DNA from: Rotaria socialis | Lineage: Eukaryota | Assembly (NCBI GenBank): GCA_905331295.1 | Contig: CAJNYD010000065.1 | Coordinates: forward strand, 62,001 to 126,000 | Direction of reading: 5' to 3' | Length of the DNA: 64,000 bases | Made by a program: the position numbers and the translations under genes | Shown: in pieces, positions 13,260 to 27,900 of the stretch | Layout of the letters: each line of letters opens with the position of its first letter | Numbering within the stretch: position 1 is the first letter of the stretch | The notes under the pieces: generated by a model | The model's database searches: none | What the model saw: only the letters and a program-made list of their open reading frames with translations | Told to the model about the DNA's origin: nothing

Positions 13260-14011
13260 CAGGTATCTGCTTGATAGTTTGTTTTTATGAGTAAAGTACA
13301 AAACAGAGTATCAAATCGATATTGCAAGTATTATGGATACTGTCATAAAGGCTGATACCTGCTGTTAAAAACGCTGCCAACATATTGTAGAATTATATTA
13401 TTTAGTTAGATATGAAGGTCTTATAAGAACGATGTTAATTTCTTCTACAAAATATATAACATTAATTGTACTGCTACTATTATTGGAAATGCATCATAAA
13501 CATAATAAGTGTTTTATACTGCATGATATAATTCATATTCGAAATGGTAATACTCAACATGAGTGTTTTTTTTGTTTCTTAAGAAATAAAAAAGACAACA
13601 TACTCACACTCACACGCCATAGAAAAAAAGACAGAAAAACGTATAGGACAAAAGAAATATCTAATAAAAGAAAAGGAAGCGCATGTTAAATAGCGGGCGT
13701 TGTATGCTGTTCATTCATATGCATTGGTTCCAGAAAGAAAGGGAATAAAAATGAAATCATAAAATAAATCTAAGTAGAACGAAAAACTTTACAGAGAGTT
13801 ATCATCAGATCTCATTTCTCAAAATAAATAATTAATAAAGTTGAATTCGGAAAAGTTCTAAATTGTTGCTTTTGCAAACTCATTGATTACAATTGAAATA
13901 CGTCAAGTTTAATCCTTACTTTTTCATGATGTATGAAAAATCTAAAATATATAGCTCAGATTGTTTAAGCATATCTGAATCTAAACAGGTCGTAACGCTC
14001 GGCCTGGGTAC

Positions 14012-14161
14012 CAGAGACGTGCACAGGGTATAATTTTTTCTCCTATCCTTGCCTGTCATGTGGGCTACATATAGTCCTGGCAGGTGGCAGGACAGGACAA
14101 AATCTAAATCTCATCCTGTCCTACAGGACAGTAGGACCGTCCTGCCCTGTGCATGTCTCTG
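14012..14161. mobile_element. 150-bp hAT-like MITE
   Basis: 17-bp TIRs CAGAGACGTGCACAGGG / CCCTGTGCATGTCTCTG (16/17 match), internal CAGGAC/GTCCTG repeats. No 8-bp TSD visible. Confidence 0.65.
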
Positions 14162-14985
14162 ATGCTGATAGATTATATTTAATTCAATAATTTAACTACA
14201 AGAAATATATAGACATGAATTGTTCAAGTCTTTAGTTTATCAAACTTTCCATGGTAGAAATCTAAGTTAAGATTATGATTTTACTAATTGAAGATCTCAA
14301 TATGACTAATAGATATCTAGAAAGTAATCAGTAGCACTGACAAATTCATTCATAGTATACATTTTTATTTCATAGATACATATAAACTTTTAGCAATAGA
14401 TTCTTGATTTGAAATTTTGATTATTTTCAGATCATAGCAGGTTGGAGTCTAATTTGAAATCTTATTCGAGAATTACTATTGTAAAGTTGACTATCAAGAA
14501 AAGTTGAAAAACATTAATAACAATATTATATAATCGAATTATTTATGTATTTTTTCTGTTGTTATCTGAGTAGTTGAAGTTGGTTTTATTTCAATTCATA
14601 TTTCAATGGAATTAACTAAGTATTTGGTGTTGTATCAGTAACTTATTTATCTTTTACATTGTATGACTAATTTTTTCAAAAAAATTTAATTGTAAACGTG
14701 TATTAGAATTATGTGAATGAAGATTGATAAGCAGACTCTCAGTAATAAAATATTAACAAATTATTTTATTCGTTAATGGAATATTCTTGGATTAAGTTTA
14801 TCTGAAAAAATTAATATTCTTAAATAAGATTGAAGTATATTATATTTATTAGAATTCAAGTGATTGAAAAGAAAAAAAAGATCTAAGCACAAAGCATAGA
14901 ACAAAAAGAAGGAAAACTGGTGGAAAAAAACTGATATTAGTATAGATGAGATAGTTAAAGAAAAAAATTGCAATGATCAATCAAT

Positions 14986-17312
14986 TTAGAAAAGACCTTT
15001 TTTTGTTGGTTTTCTAAAAAGAAGAAAAATAAGATGTGAAAATAAAAACACCTAATATTTACGAGATTGAAATATTTTGATCATTAAATGGTGGTTTATT
15101 GAAACTTTCTTCCCATTGATGTCGAATATTTTCAAATTCTTGACGTTTTCGTTCAAGTTTTTCTTCTTCTTGTTGAATATTTAATCGAAAATTGTCTTGA
15201 GTTCTTAAAAGCTAAACATAAAATAAAGAAATATATTTAAATAGAAATTACAAAAAAAAAAGATATTTGAATAAACATTTCGTTTATTTTCTTCAAGTTT
15301 TTGTAATTTTTCTTCAACTTTTGATTGATAAACATTTTCCATATCTCGAGACATTTTCTCTAATCTTTCTTCTGTTTCCATTCGTTCATCTTCTAATTGT
15401 GATAATAAATTTCTATAGAAAAACAAATTAAAACAAACGAAAATGATTTTAGTATCGAACTTATTAATTGAACATGTTTGTAATGTTTTTCCATTTTTTG
15501 ATTCATTTCCATTGAATGAACTTAATTTTTTATAACGATAATTCTCATAATGAATATTATGTGTAACATCACGTAAATCATTCAAATGTGTTTTAATAAT
15601 CATACTTCTTAATGGAATAAAATCACTATGAGCTTCATCTTCAACTAAGAATGAAACAAAGATGAATTTATCTTTTAATGCTCTTTTTTCTTGAGAGTGT
15701 GAATAAAAAAACGTTTACCATCGACAGTTCCCCAAGTATATTGTCGAACTCTTGTACGTTTATTTGTACGTTCTAAAACAAAATTACTTCCCACAACAGC
15801 AAATGGAACTTTATCTTTGTAAATTTTATTTAATTTATTTTCATCATTATTATTATAATCAGGAAATTCATAAAGTTTGATTTTTTCATTTGTTATGTCT
15901 TGCATAATAGATTTTTTAAATAAACGTAATTCATCTGATGTTAATGTATCAGCTTTTGCTATAACTGGTATTATATTGACACGATCATGAAGTCGTTTCA
16001 TAAATTCAATATCTAATGATTGAAGACTAAAGAAAAATTTTCGATTTTAATTTTTCTTCTTCTCTTTAAAATATATTGTAAAATAGACTAACCTATGACC
16101 AGTGGGTGTAATAAAATATAGACAACAATGAACACGATTATCAATAATATGTGTTTTACGAATAACTCTAGATTCGGCATTTAGATATTCTTCATATTTC
16201 GAATCAATATAATCAATAATAGGTTGCCAACTAAAAAATAAAATAAAATAACAACATCAATAGATTTTTCTTTTCAAAATAAAAAATAACTGAAACTCAA
16301 CCAATTCGAATTATCAACTGAATCTCCAAAGCCAGGTGTATCAACAATAGTTAAACGTAATTGTACGCCTTTTTCTTTTAAAATAATTGATGATGAATCA
16401 ATTGTTACAGTTTTCTTTTTTCGATGAACAGTTGATGGAAAATCTTGACCATAGAGTTCTGTTTGAAATAATGTATTTATAAATGTTGATTTTCCCAAAC
16501 CGGATTGACCTTTTCATAGTTTTTATTAATTTAGAAATTCGAATAAATAAATTTCTCCTTTTCTTTAGTTAAATTAAAGAAAAATCTACTTACCAACAAC
16601 CATTAAGTTGAATTCAAAACCTTTTTTAATAGCTCGCCTATGAACTTGGTCTGGTAATGAAACAAAACCAACATTTGAACTTATTTCTCGAATTCTCGGA
16701 GCTGTTTGTTGTTGTTGTTGTTGTTGTTCTTTATTTATTGAATTTGAATCTGATTCTCGACGATTTTCAATTAGTCTTGATATTGTTGAATTATTTTTAT
16801 TAATATTAGTTGATGATATTGATGAACGATAATCATTATTTGTTGAAGATAAATTTTGAAGAAGTGGAGATTGATGAAGATCATCAACAGTGATACGATA
16901 TGATGGACTTTTTAAATTTGTTAATGATGTTAATGGTGTTATTGATGATGGAGTTAATGGTAATGAAGGAGGGGGAGGAGGAGGAGGAGGAGGAGGCGGA
17001 GGCGGAAGACTTGGAGGAGATATATTTGATGAACGATTATCACTTGAAGTTATTTCATTATTGATTAAATTTATTGAATCTGTTTTTGTTGCTGATGCTG
17101 CTGTTGAACGAACATATGGTTCGGAACGAAGATAGGGTTCGGCACGACGCTAAACAAAAAGAAATTTCTTAGTTTAATTTTTTGCTTTTGTTAAATAAAC
17201 AAAGTTAAATACAAAGAAATACCTTCGATTTCCATTGAATATATTTGCCTAAAGTTTCTCGAAGTAAAACTGAATCAGAAATCATATTTTTTTCATGTCC
17301 ACCAATAAACAT
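14986..17312 (-). CDS. SEPT7: Septin, SEPT7 group; multi-exon, with a Pro-rich N-terminal extension; start codon tentative
   Basis: [35 protein letters not shown] (G1), DTPGFGD (G3), AKAD (G4), RQYTWG, and a C-terminal coiled coil [27 protein letters not shown]. The last exon ends [12 protein letters not shown] at 14986. Confidence 0.9.
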
Positions 17313-20300
17313 AATTTCATTTTATCTTTAACTTGTTTTTTTTTGGGAGAAAAGAAAACTTAAAATTTCTCCATTAGATTGAATAAAAAAAGTGAATAGA
17401 TTAAAGCTTGTCGTTTCTTTAGTATTTTTTGTTTTTGTTCCGTGGCATATTTTTATCTTATCTATTTATCGTTGCTATTTGTGAAACGTTTAAGAATTTA
17501 CGTGATTAAAAATTTATTCTGTGTTTTCAGCGAAGAAGACGAAGAAGAAAACCGAAAAATTTTCTAATGAATTCAAAGTAAAAATAAAAAAATATCGTTT
17601 AATGAAAATTTCTCGGCTATTCTTGATAACAAAGAAAAAATACATTGCTTTATTTTTGCATAGAAATAGTTTATGTAATAGCAAACTATTCTATTTTATT
17701 TTAGTTATTTATTTAGATTGATATATGGATCGATTCAGTTCACATAGACATCCAGCAACAGTCCTATCTATCTATCAATCAATCAAATAAATATTGAACG
17801 AATGATTTTTTCTATTTTTCCTATATAAATGCATCTAAAATCAAATTTGTTATAAAAAAAACGTTGTCTTATATAAAGAATATTAATGAAGTTAAACTTA
17901 TTCTAGTTGAAACTATCGAGTAAAATAATTTGTTCGAATTTAACTATGTTAAAATAGTGGCGAAATGTTTAATGATGTAATTTCTTATTTAGTTCATTAT
18001 GAAAAGATTATCGAACTCTAAAGATCTATTCATTTACATACACGAAAAAGATTATCTTTAGATAAATCCACACACCTATTATTACCTATCAAAGTGTACT
18101 CGCATTTATTTATAGTTCTTTTTCTTTTTCAATATTATCTATTAAATGTCATCTTATCGATTATCCGAAAAAATTAACAAATTTTCATTTTTTTTTAAAA
18201 AAAAAAAGTAAACTTTTGTTTAAATTGTTTTTCTCATTTAAATTAGGTTAAGAAGAAATAGAATATTAGTTTTGTTTTGTTTTTGAAGAACTCAATTTGT
18301 GAGTTCGAAAACACAAAAATGAAAGAGCTCATTTAACCAAAACAAAACAAACATTACTTGGTTGTCTGCTTGAGATTCTTTAATATAAATTGATTTTCGA
18401 AAATAAATAAAATTTGAAATAAATAAATTACAGCGATAACAACAAGAGCAACAAAAGTTCATACTATTCAATTGAACTTAACAATTAAGAAAACATAAAT
18501 AAAAGAAGAAATAGAAGAAAAAAAAACATTTTTCATTTTCTTATTGATAAATTTTACGAGTAAATTATTTTATACTTGTTCTCTTTCAATGTCGAGTTTA
18601 GTATTCGAAATATTTCATTTTCAATGATCTTTTATATTGATTCAATGTAAAAAAAAGAAGAAAGACCTGTGTCAACAAACACGAGAAGAAATATTCGTTT
18701 CAATACCTGTTGTCGTATAGTAGTCATTTTTGTTTGTGGTATACGTAACGCCATGAATGATGTTCAACAAGAAATGTCTCACCTATAGAAATGTCAAGAG
18801 AAAAAGAGACAATCTTTCTTTTTCTCTTTAGAATTCTTTTATATAAAAAAAAAGAAAAAAGAAAAAAGTAACGATAGTCCGTGGTGTAATTTCTATGTAT
18901 GCGAAGGTTATCACATTCGTCAAAAAAGAAAAACGAATTTGATACACTTTACGAATCAATCTATAAGAATAAGGTTAGAATAAAAAAGAATTGAGAATCA
19001 ATAAAGAATCTCTTTCGATTTACCAATCAAGAAATAGAAAATGAAATTAAGATCATCTCTCACGTTTTTTTTTCGTTTTTTTTATTGAAGTATAGAAATC
19101 GAATTATTCATTTTTGTTCTCTCCTCATATCTATTCTACTTTCAACACACGTATGAAAACAAAATGTCATCACGCTTCAATAAAACAAAAAAAAGAAGAA
19201 GAAGAAATATCGTTCGAGATCAACAGTGATACTCTATGTCAATCTATTTCGAATAAACTAGATAATTATTTATTTTTTGAAAGAATTAAATATTCATCTC
19301 GTATCTACGATATAAATTAATCGATATGAGAAAATTAAAGCAAAATCTATGTTTTTTTTATTAAAATTTGATTAATTTAAAATAAATTTTCTTTTACCTA
19401 AAAGAAAAAGCTTAAAACATACTTGAATTGTATTGATATTTGATAGATTACTTGATAGAATTGGATTTACTTTTTTAAAAGTTGAAACTGAATCATATAA
19501 ATGAGAATTAATTAAATATTGATATTTATTCATAATTTTTTTATTATTAATATCATAAAATAGTTCAGATTTTTGTATCTGAAAAAGTATAAAAGTTAAT
19601 TGAGAATAAGCTTCTTCACTTGACCAAAAACACTTGGAATTTATTCATTGAATAAAGAGTCAATGTTTGTATAGAAATCAAACGATCATTTCATTGTTGT
19701 TCATATATGTTCTTTGTTCTTTCATTTTTTTCTCTTCTTCCACTTGATCAAATAGAAAATATAGTAATAAAAAAAAAGATAGATTGAATCATTTCCACTG
19801 TATCTACTCTTCTATTTTTGAACAAACTATTATTAATTGAAATGTTCGTTTTTTTTCAATAAGATGTTACTAGTAGACTATGATTATCTTATCAAGAAAA
19901 ACAAAAAAAAACGAATAATATTTTTAAAAATTTTTTCTTAAAACAAATTGATTAATGATTTATTTCAATGAGAAATTAGAAATAAATGAATACGAACTAA
20001 AATTGTTTAAATAAATTCAATGCTATTTGAAGAATGAAACCAATCATGATCTTTTATTCAGGAGCTCGAAGCATTGTTCAAATAAATTCAAAAGAGGTGA
20101 ACACACTTCAGTTTGATTCTTTTTAAAGAAAAAAAACAAAATCCACTTGATAATTTAAAAGTGTCATTAAAGAAGACAAACGAAATTTATTGATTTATAT
20201 TAGTATAGACTTATTCGATATTATTCTTGTCCTTTTTCCTCTATTCATTTAATAGACATACGTATGAAGTCTCGGCAAAAATAAAATTTAATAATAATAT

Positions 20301-21327
20301 TGATTTACAAATTAGAAATAAATTTCTTCAATATAGTAAATCTTCTTTGTTTTGAAAAAGAAAACTAAATGTAAATAAATCCAATTATATCAATAAAACA
20401 AAGCAAATTTTTTATTGACCCCATAAAGTATTTATTTTGAATAGATCGTTGATCTATGATACAATTTATTGACCGAGAGTAAAAGAAGTTCATAGGGTGA
20501 GAAAATTATATTTTTTTAATATTAAATTTTGTACGTATACTAGTATAGATTTGTTGCTGTTTTTTTTTGTTGCCCAAAAGAAATATTTAATGAATAAAAA
20601 TGATTGATAAAGAACTTCTCGTACGATCATCACTTCATGATTTATGATATTAAATAATTGAAATATAAATTAAAAATATTTTCATCAAAAGATTGATAGA
20701 GTGTATAATCAATGTTAAAAAATATTTTGTACTTACATTAAGTTAAGTAAAAATTAAATTAAATTATAGTAAAATTTTTGAAAACATTCTAATATTGCTT
20801 CGTGCGTACTATTATAGAAAGCAATTCGATCGTTTTTTTTTAAATTCTATTCCGATGAATTTATTCTTTAACGATCTGTTTCGAGAAAAGATTCTAATGA
20901 TTTTCTTAGTAAGTTTTAAAATATGTTAAATTATTTTACTTGCAGTTTAAGAATTTAAATTGAATTTATTATTTTAGGCAGACAATGATTGATCTTATGC
21001 AGTTTTATAAGAAATATAGTGAAGACAATTAAACAAATAAAAATCTTCTTTGTTTTTTAATTTCTCCGTAAGAATTCTAACTGTTATTCTTATTTAATTA
21101 AGATTATTTTTATATTAAAAAAAAAAGTTGTTAATGAAAATTTAACTTGAAAAAAAAAGAACAAAAACAAAACTTTTTTATTGAAAAAAGAACAAAAAAA
21201 AACTTGAATAGTTAATAATAGAAAAGTAAGGAATAGTTTTAATATGATAAGGACTAAACGATGAAATAAACAATATAATAGATTTTAATATGAAACAAAG
21301 ATAATGCTTTAATTGATCGATTGTTAT

Positions 21328-24300
21328 TTATTGTTGTTTTTTGTTTGAATTCTCATTTTCATTTTTTGAACTTGGAATATTCGTTTGATTCTCACTATTT
21401 AATTGATTTTTATTTTTATTGATTTTTTTTCCAGTTGATTTTTGTTGATTTTCTTCATAGAGTAATTCAATATCAAATTTATATTTTTGTTCGATAGCTT
21501 TTCTTTTTAATTTTAATGCATCAGTAACAAGACCTGTTTCTGGTGTCCAAGCTTCTTTTACGATTTTAATACGTTGTGGAGTTTCAAATCTTTCAATTCC
21601 ACCTTTTTTACAACCATCTTGAATTTGTTTAAGTATGTCTTCATTTAAATCATCATTATCAACTAATTTTTGCCATTCTTTTTCATCATAATGTCTTTCT
21701 GTATAATCCTATCGAGACAAACAAAGAAAAACAATTTACTCAAAATATTAATAATAAATTTCTATAGAATATTTGAAACTAATCAAATCATGTATTATCT
21801 ATGAGAAAAATTTCAATTAAACTTTTAATCATTTGTTTTTTTTTGCACATTAAAAGTAAATAATTAATAAAAGAAAAAACTCACCGCCATTTGTTTTATA
21901 TTTGGACAAATTAAAGCAACAGTAAATTCAGAAGAAGCTGATGCGCAAACACAACAATTTTCAATAGTAGGTATTTTACTAATTGCCATTTCAACTTTTG
22001 TTAATGAAACATATTCACCACCACGTAATTTAACCAAATCTTTTTTTCGATCTAAAATAAATAAAATATTCATTTCTTCTTTTTCTTGTTTGAATAAAAA
22101 TTCAAACCAATAATTTTAATTGTTCCATCGGGAAAAACTTCTCCAATATCACCAGTCGCAAAAAATCTTTGTCCACCAATAAATTTAAAATTAAAATTTT
22201 CTTTTGATGCTTCAGCAAAATAACCATTGGCAACAACTTTTCCACCAATAAGTATTTCTCCGCGTGGATTTGGCTTATCTGTATTTTTATATTGTCCTTC
22301 GTCCCAATTTTCTAAACGAATTTCACATGAAACAAGCGGATATCCAGCTCGGCCAATTGTTATATCATATCCTTTAAATAGATAACAACAAACAAAAATA
22401 TGAGAAATAAAATAAAATAAAATAACAAACGATCAGCAATAGTTCCAGCTGCACATGTTTCAGTAAGACCATAGCCTTGAAAAAGGGTTACACAAAGGGC
22501 AGCTTGAACAAAACGTTGAGTTTCTTCACTTAAAACTGCTCCACCACATAACATTGTTTTAACTCGACCACCAAGAACTAATTGATTAAAACGAGAAAAT
22601 ATTACTCTAAATTAAAATAATTTATTAAATCATTATATAAAAGAAAATAATTATCGAACCGATCGAGATATGGACTTTCAAGACCAAGTTCTAAACGTTT
22701 AATTTTCATTTTATATGTTAAAAAAAATAATTGACGTTGAATGAAATTTGATTGATTAATTTTTTCATTAACTGCTTTATGAACACGATCAAGAATTGTC
22801 TAGATTTTAACAAAATAGAAAGAATAATATATATATTTAGAAAATTTTTGTTTTTCAAAAATAAAAATAAATAAATTCTTACAGGTACACAACACATTAA
22901 ATGCGGTCGAAGAACTTGTAAATCACCTTTGTGACCACGCATTATAGCTGTAGATTGATCAGTTAATGTTTGAGGAGATGAATAACCACATTTAATACCC
23001 AAATAAAAAATAAGAATTTCTATTGAATTTAAAAAAGAGAAATTATTTATTAATATAAAAACTAAATTAACAAACCACAACAAAGTTCAAGAATATGAGC
23101 TAATGGTAAATAAGCAATGTAAACATCATTTTCAACATCAACCATTGGAAAAACTCGTTCTTTTTGACCAGTCATTGCAGCAACAATATTTTCATGTTTT
23201 ATTAATACACCTAAATTTAAAAAAAAAAATTTTGTTTTCAGTCTTAAAAGAAGATCTATAAGAAATTTGATTTTTATTACATTGAATACATAGATATATG
23301 TATGTAGAAGGTTTACTTCTTTAAATGTGAACAAACCTTTAGGTGTTCCAGTACTTCCACTTGTATACATAATAACAGCAATATCAGCTTTATCAGGTCG
23401 TTTATTTAATATAGATTCATCTAAATTAAAAAACAATAAAATTAAATAATGATTAAATAAAATTAAATAAATAAAACTGACCAATATGTGAAGATTTTCC
23501 TTGTTCTTCTAATTGATTTAAACAAATAAATTGAATATTATTTTTATCATTTGGTATTTTATTCTCTTGTGTTTTAATAAGAGGTGGAAAATAGATAACA
23601 TAGCGAACTTTTTCTGTTTGATCCAATGTTTTCTAGGAAATAAAAATAAAATAAATTGCTTCAGTTTTTTCTGTTAATAAGAATTAATAATAATTTTACA
23701 TCAAGTTTAAAAATAAGTTCATGTGATGTAATAATAATTTTAACTTCTGATTCATTTATTCCATGTTTAAGAGCCTCTTCACCTAAAGTCGAATAAAGTG
23801 TAACAAGTGTTAAACCATGACGAAAAGCTGCCAAAGCAGTTAATAACCATTCAGGACGTGTTTCAGCATAAATTAAAATTTTATCACCAGATTTAAAACC
23901 AAATGATAATAAACCACGACCAATGGAATTAATTCGATCACAAGCTTCACTATATTTTGTAAATTTATAGTCACCCAATAGGAACTACAAAGTATTTTTT
24001 TTGAAAAGAAAAACAAATCTTTTTTTCCATAAATTAAAAAAACATCCAAAAACCTTCTTATAAATTTTTCCATTAGGCTGTGTTTCGTCTTGAACATCAA
24101 TTATTTCTCTAACACCTAAAGTTTCTTTGTCTGCATGACGTTGAAGACAAAGATCAGAAATAACTGCTAATGTTTCAAGTTGATCTTCGGGTTGAGTTTG
24201 AAGTTGATGAAGAACTTCGACAGCTCTATATGGTGATGATGGATCAGATGAATCAATTAATTGTGATCGAATTCTTTTTTGTTTTCCATATTTTCGATCA

Positions 24301-24461
24301 TCTTTTCCTAATGTTGTTATATAATAATAAAATGTTGGTAAATGAACAAATAATAATGCAATTATATAAATTAATGTTGTACGAATCAATGATAATAGAA
24401 ATCGTTTAAATACAGTATTTAATGTTATACTGAATATGCGACTAAATGCATTAGGAGACAT
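21328..24461 (-). CDS. ACSL3/4: Long-chain fatty acyl-CoA synthetase, ACSL3/ACSL4 type; multi-exon
   Basis: AMP-binding motif IMYTSGSTGTPKG, plus AYLPLAHILE, QGYGLTET, TGDIGE, DRKKDLVKLRGGEYVSL and WTPETGLVTDALKLKRK. Confidence 0.93.
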
Positions 24462-24945
24462 TCTAACGAGAAAAAAATGAATCAATTTTTAAAACCGTAT
24501 TTTTTCTTTAAAATTAATCAATAAAAACAAATTTGGAAAAATAGAAAATGAACAGCAGTGAGCGAATTCTTATTTCTTACCATGCTTTAATTTTTAATCG
24601 ATTTTCAAAAGCAGAAAAAGAAGAATTATTCTCATGGAATAAAATATTTTCAAACATCATCACTTACTTTTTTTAATTTTTTTATTGATTGTTATTAATC
24701 AATAAGTTGAATCATTTAACTGAAAGTTTAATTCTAAGAAGAGTAAAATCTTAAAAAACAACAACAAAGAATATCAATATATTCAACATGATTTGTTTTT
24801 TTTTCTTCTTCGAATATCGAATTTAACTTTATAAATGACAAGATGATGTTTTTTTTATCGTTTCATATTAAATAACAAATCAGAAAAAAAACAAAAACAG
24901 AAAAACAAAGATATTTCTTTTGATTTTTTCTTCTTCTTTTTCTAC

Positions 24946-27900
24946 TTATAAATCTTGTTGAGAATCAACAGACATTGTTGATAAGTGATCGATTGATATA
25001 TCATCATTTAAAGAAGTTTCACTAAAAATAAAAAGGTTTCTTTTTCAAATGATTTAAACATATAAGGAACCTTTTATTTTCATATTGGTTTGGTAAAAGC
25101 ATTCGTTTCAATGAATCAATACAATAATTATCAATTGATGGTAAAAGATAAGCTGGTGTTGTTAAAAACTATTTAAAAGAAAAAATACAGAAAAATAAAT
25201 AATGAAAAATAAAGCAAAACAAACTTGTTGATTAAGATTATTTATTGTTCTATTTAATTTAGTTAAATCGTCAAAAGATTTCTGTTTAACAATAACATCT
25301 TGTTGAGAAAATTGTTGAGATTGACGAATTAAATTAGCCAAAATAGTTTTTTCTTCGTTTGTTTTATCTTTAATTTGATTGATTTGAATTAAATTGTTTT
25401 CATCATCATTATCATCGTCATCATCATCATCAACAAATGTTTTTAAACCCTTAAATGAATGAATTTTTATTCGAATAAAAAATAAAGTTATTATTTATTT
25501 GAGTTTACTTTCGACAATATAAATCGATAGAAAAAAAAATTAATTGCTCTTAGTTATCGTTTTCATTTTGTTTTCTACAATTTAATTTAATTTAAAACTA
25601 TAAACAAAATAAATATTTACTTTTGGAAAATAATGTATAAGTTTTCTAAATCGAAACTAGATATGAAAATAAATTTTAATCGAAGATCATCGAAAAAAAT
25701 CTTTTTATTCTTACTGAATGTCTAAATAATTCTTTCAAATAGAAACAATTTATTATTAACAACTTTTATACATGAAAATAATGAATTTTTTTTCTGTATA
25801 AATTATTCAAAGGATTCTAAGAAAAGAGTTTTGATCAATCAACTTCGCATTTTTTGTCAAAAGAATCAAAAGAGAAAAGAAATACTTCGAACACGATTTC
25901 TAATATGTATATTAGCAAAATCCTTAAATCTTTTTTTACATCATCTTTTCTGTTTATAAATGATCATTTGATAAAAACTGGAAAAAAGAAGAAAAAACGG
26001 TTCTTATGAGAAATTTGTTGATAAAAATTTCATAAAAGTAAATATTTGAAAATGAAATGATGTGATCAATTTTATGCTCCAACGATAAAATCGATCAATA
26101 GATGACGTCAAATAAATGTATTTTATTATATTCTGTTGAAAAAGTTATACTTTTTAATGTTAATTTCTTTCCTTATAAAATTGAAATTAATTGAAATCTA
26201 AATCTAAGATAAAAGAAATTCCTCATTTGGATAAAACAATGACAATTATTATTTTTGTCTGCTAAAAACTTTATACACTACATCATATAAAAAAGAAGTT
26301 TAAATGAAAAAAAGGTTATAATCAAGATGAATCTAAATAATCAATTAGATTTATGAGTAGAAAATTTGACTTAATTGACTACTGATTGAAAAGATAACAA
26401 TATTCAATAGAAAAGATGAACATTGATTTTGTTGGTTTAAATAGAAAATATTTGAAACTAATCTTACTTGTTCTGGAATATAAAAAATTAATCGAGAATG
26501 TTGAAATGGTATAAATGACGATGATTTTTTATTTGGAATATATGAAGCAGATGTTACACGTCGAAATAATGAACTTTTACGTGAATGACATTTTCCATCA
26601 GAAAATGAATAAAAATGAACTGAAAAGAGAAAAGAAAAGTGTTTAATTTAATTATTGAAATTAACAAGAAAAAATAACTTACGAAAACTTTTATCGAATA
26701 AAGCAACAAAAGATGATTTTGGATCTTTAGCATAGGTATGAACATGCCATGAAAATGATTTAATAAATTGTCCATTTAAACAGTTCCATAAATTCACTAA
26801 TGTTTTATGACAAACAAGAATTTGGTCATTATTAAATATAATAAATTGAACTGAATTTTTTCGGTCAAAATGAGCAAAACAACTTGAATATTCATAACGA
26901 GATTCTTCATTTAAATCATTGATTTTATCAATCCAAACAGTAACTAAATGTTCAAATGAACAACATAAATTCATTTCATTTGATGTTGATAACTTATAAT
27001 ATGATAATGCTGAGCTTGAATATGAACGATGTGTGTGACCAGATAAACAACGCCAATGTGATACGCGTTCTAAATATTTTGTTCATATTTATTTATTTAT
27101 TTATTTCTAATATTTCTAATTAATTATATATACATATTAATTGATACTTAATTTGTATAGAATTTTGATCCAATACATTTTGTTATGATAATATTTATTA
27201 GATTTCGAATTATTCAACAAAAAGAAAGAATGATAGGAACTTACTTTCTTTTTGGTTATTTAATAAATAGAATAAGCAAAATATCTTTTCATTAAGATTG
27301 TAACTAATTACTTCTAATTCTATCAAATTATTCATTTTGAAGTTAAAAAAGAAAATTGAATGTTTAGATTCGATTAAATTCTCAAAAGAAATTTACAAAC
27401 AAAGAAAGAAAAAGTCATCACATTTTATCTTTCTGATTTTAGAACATAGAAAAGAAAAGTTTGCATAATTAATTTTTTATTATAATAAATAGTCGAAATT
27501 AATTTTTGTTAATTTAATTGCATAATATTCAATTTAAAGAAATAGAGAATTCACTTCAATCAAAAAAAGACTTTTACTTGTTATTGGATTTTGTTGAATA
27601 AAATTCCAAATTTTAAGAAATCCATCATTTCCAGTTGTTGCTAGTTCAAGTTTATTTGGATGAAATAACATTTGACTTAATGTTTCTTGTCCGTGTGGAT
27701 ATAAAATTGTCGTGTTTAATTCAAATCTTTTTTACTTTTAAATTAATTTAAATCATTATTTCCAAATTTTTATCTTACTCATTCGTTATCTGATTAAACA
27801 TCCAAAAACGAAGTTTTCTTTCATTTTGATGATCATCTGTGTTTGAATTTGAATTTGATGAACGTTCTTCAAAAGTAACTAACCATGTGTCTAACGATTT

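Noticed and set aside
16890..17135. Gly-rich plus-strand ORF
   Set aside because: It is the antisense shadow of the Pro-rich septin exon.
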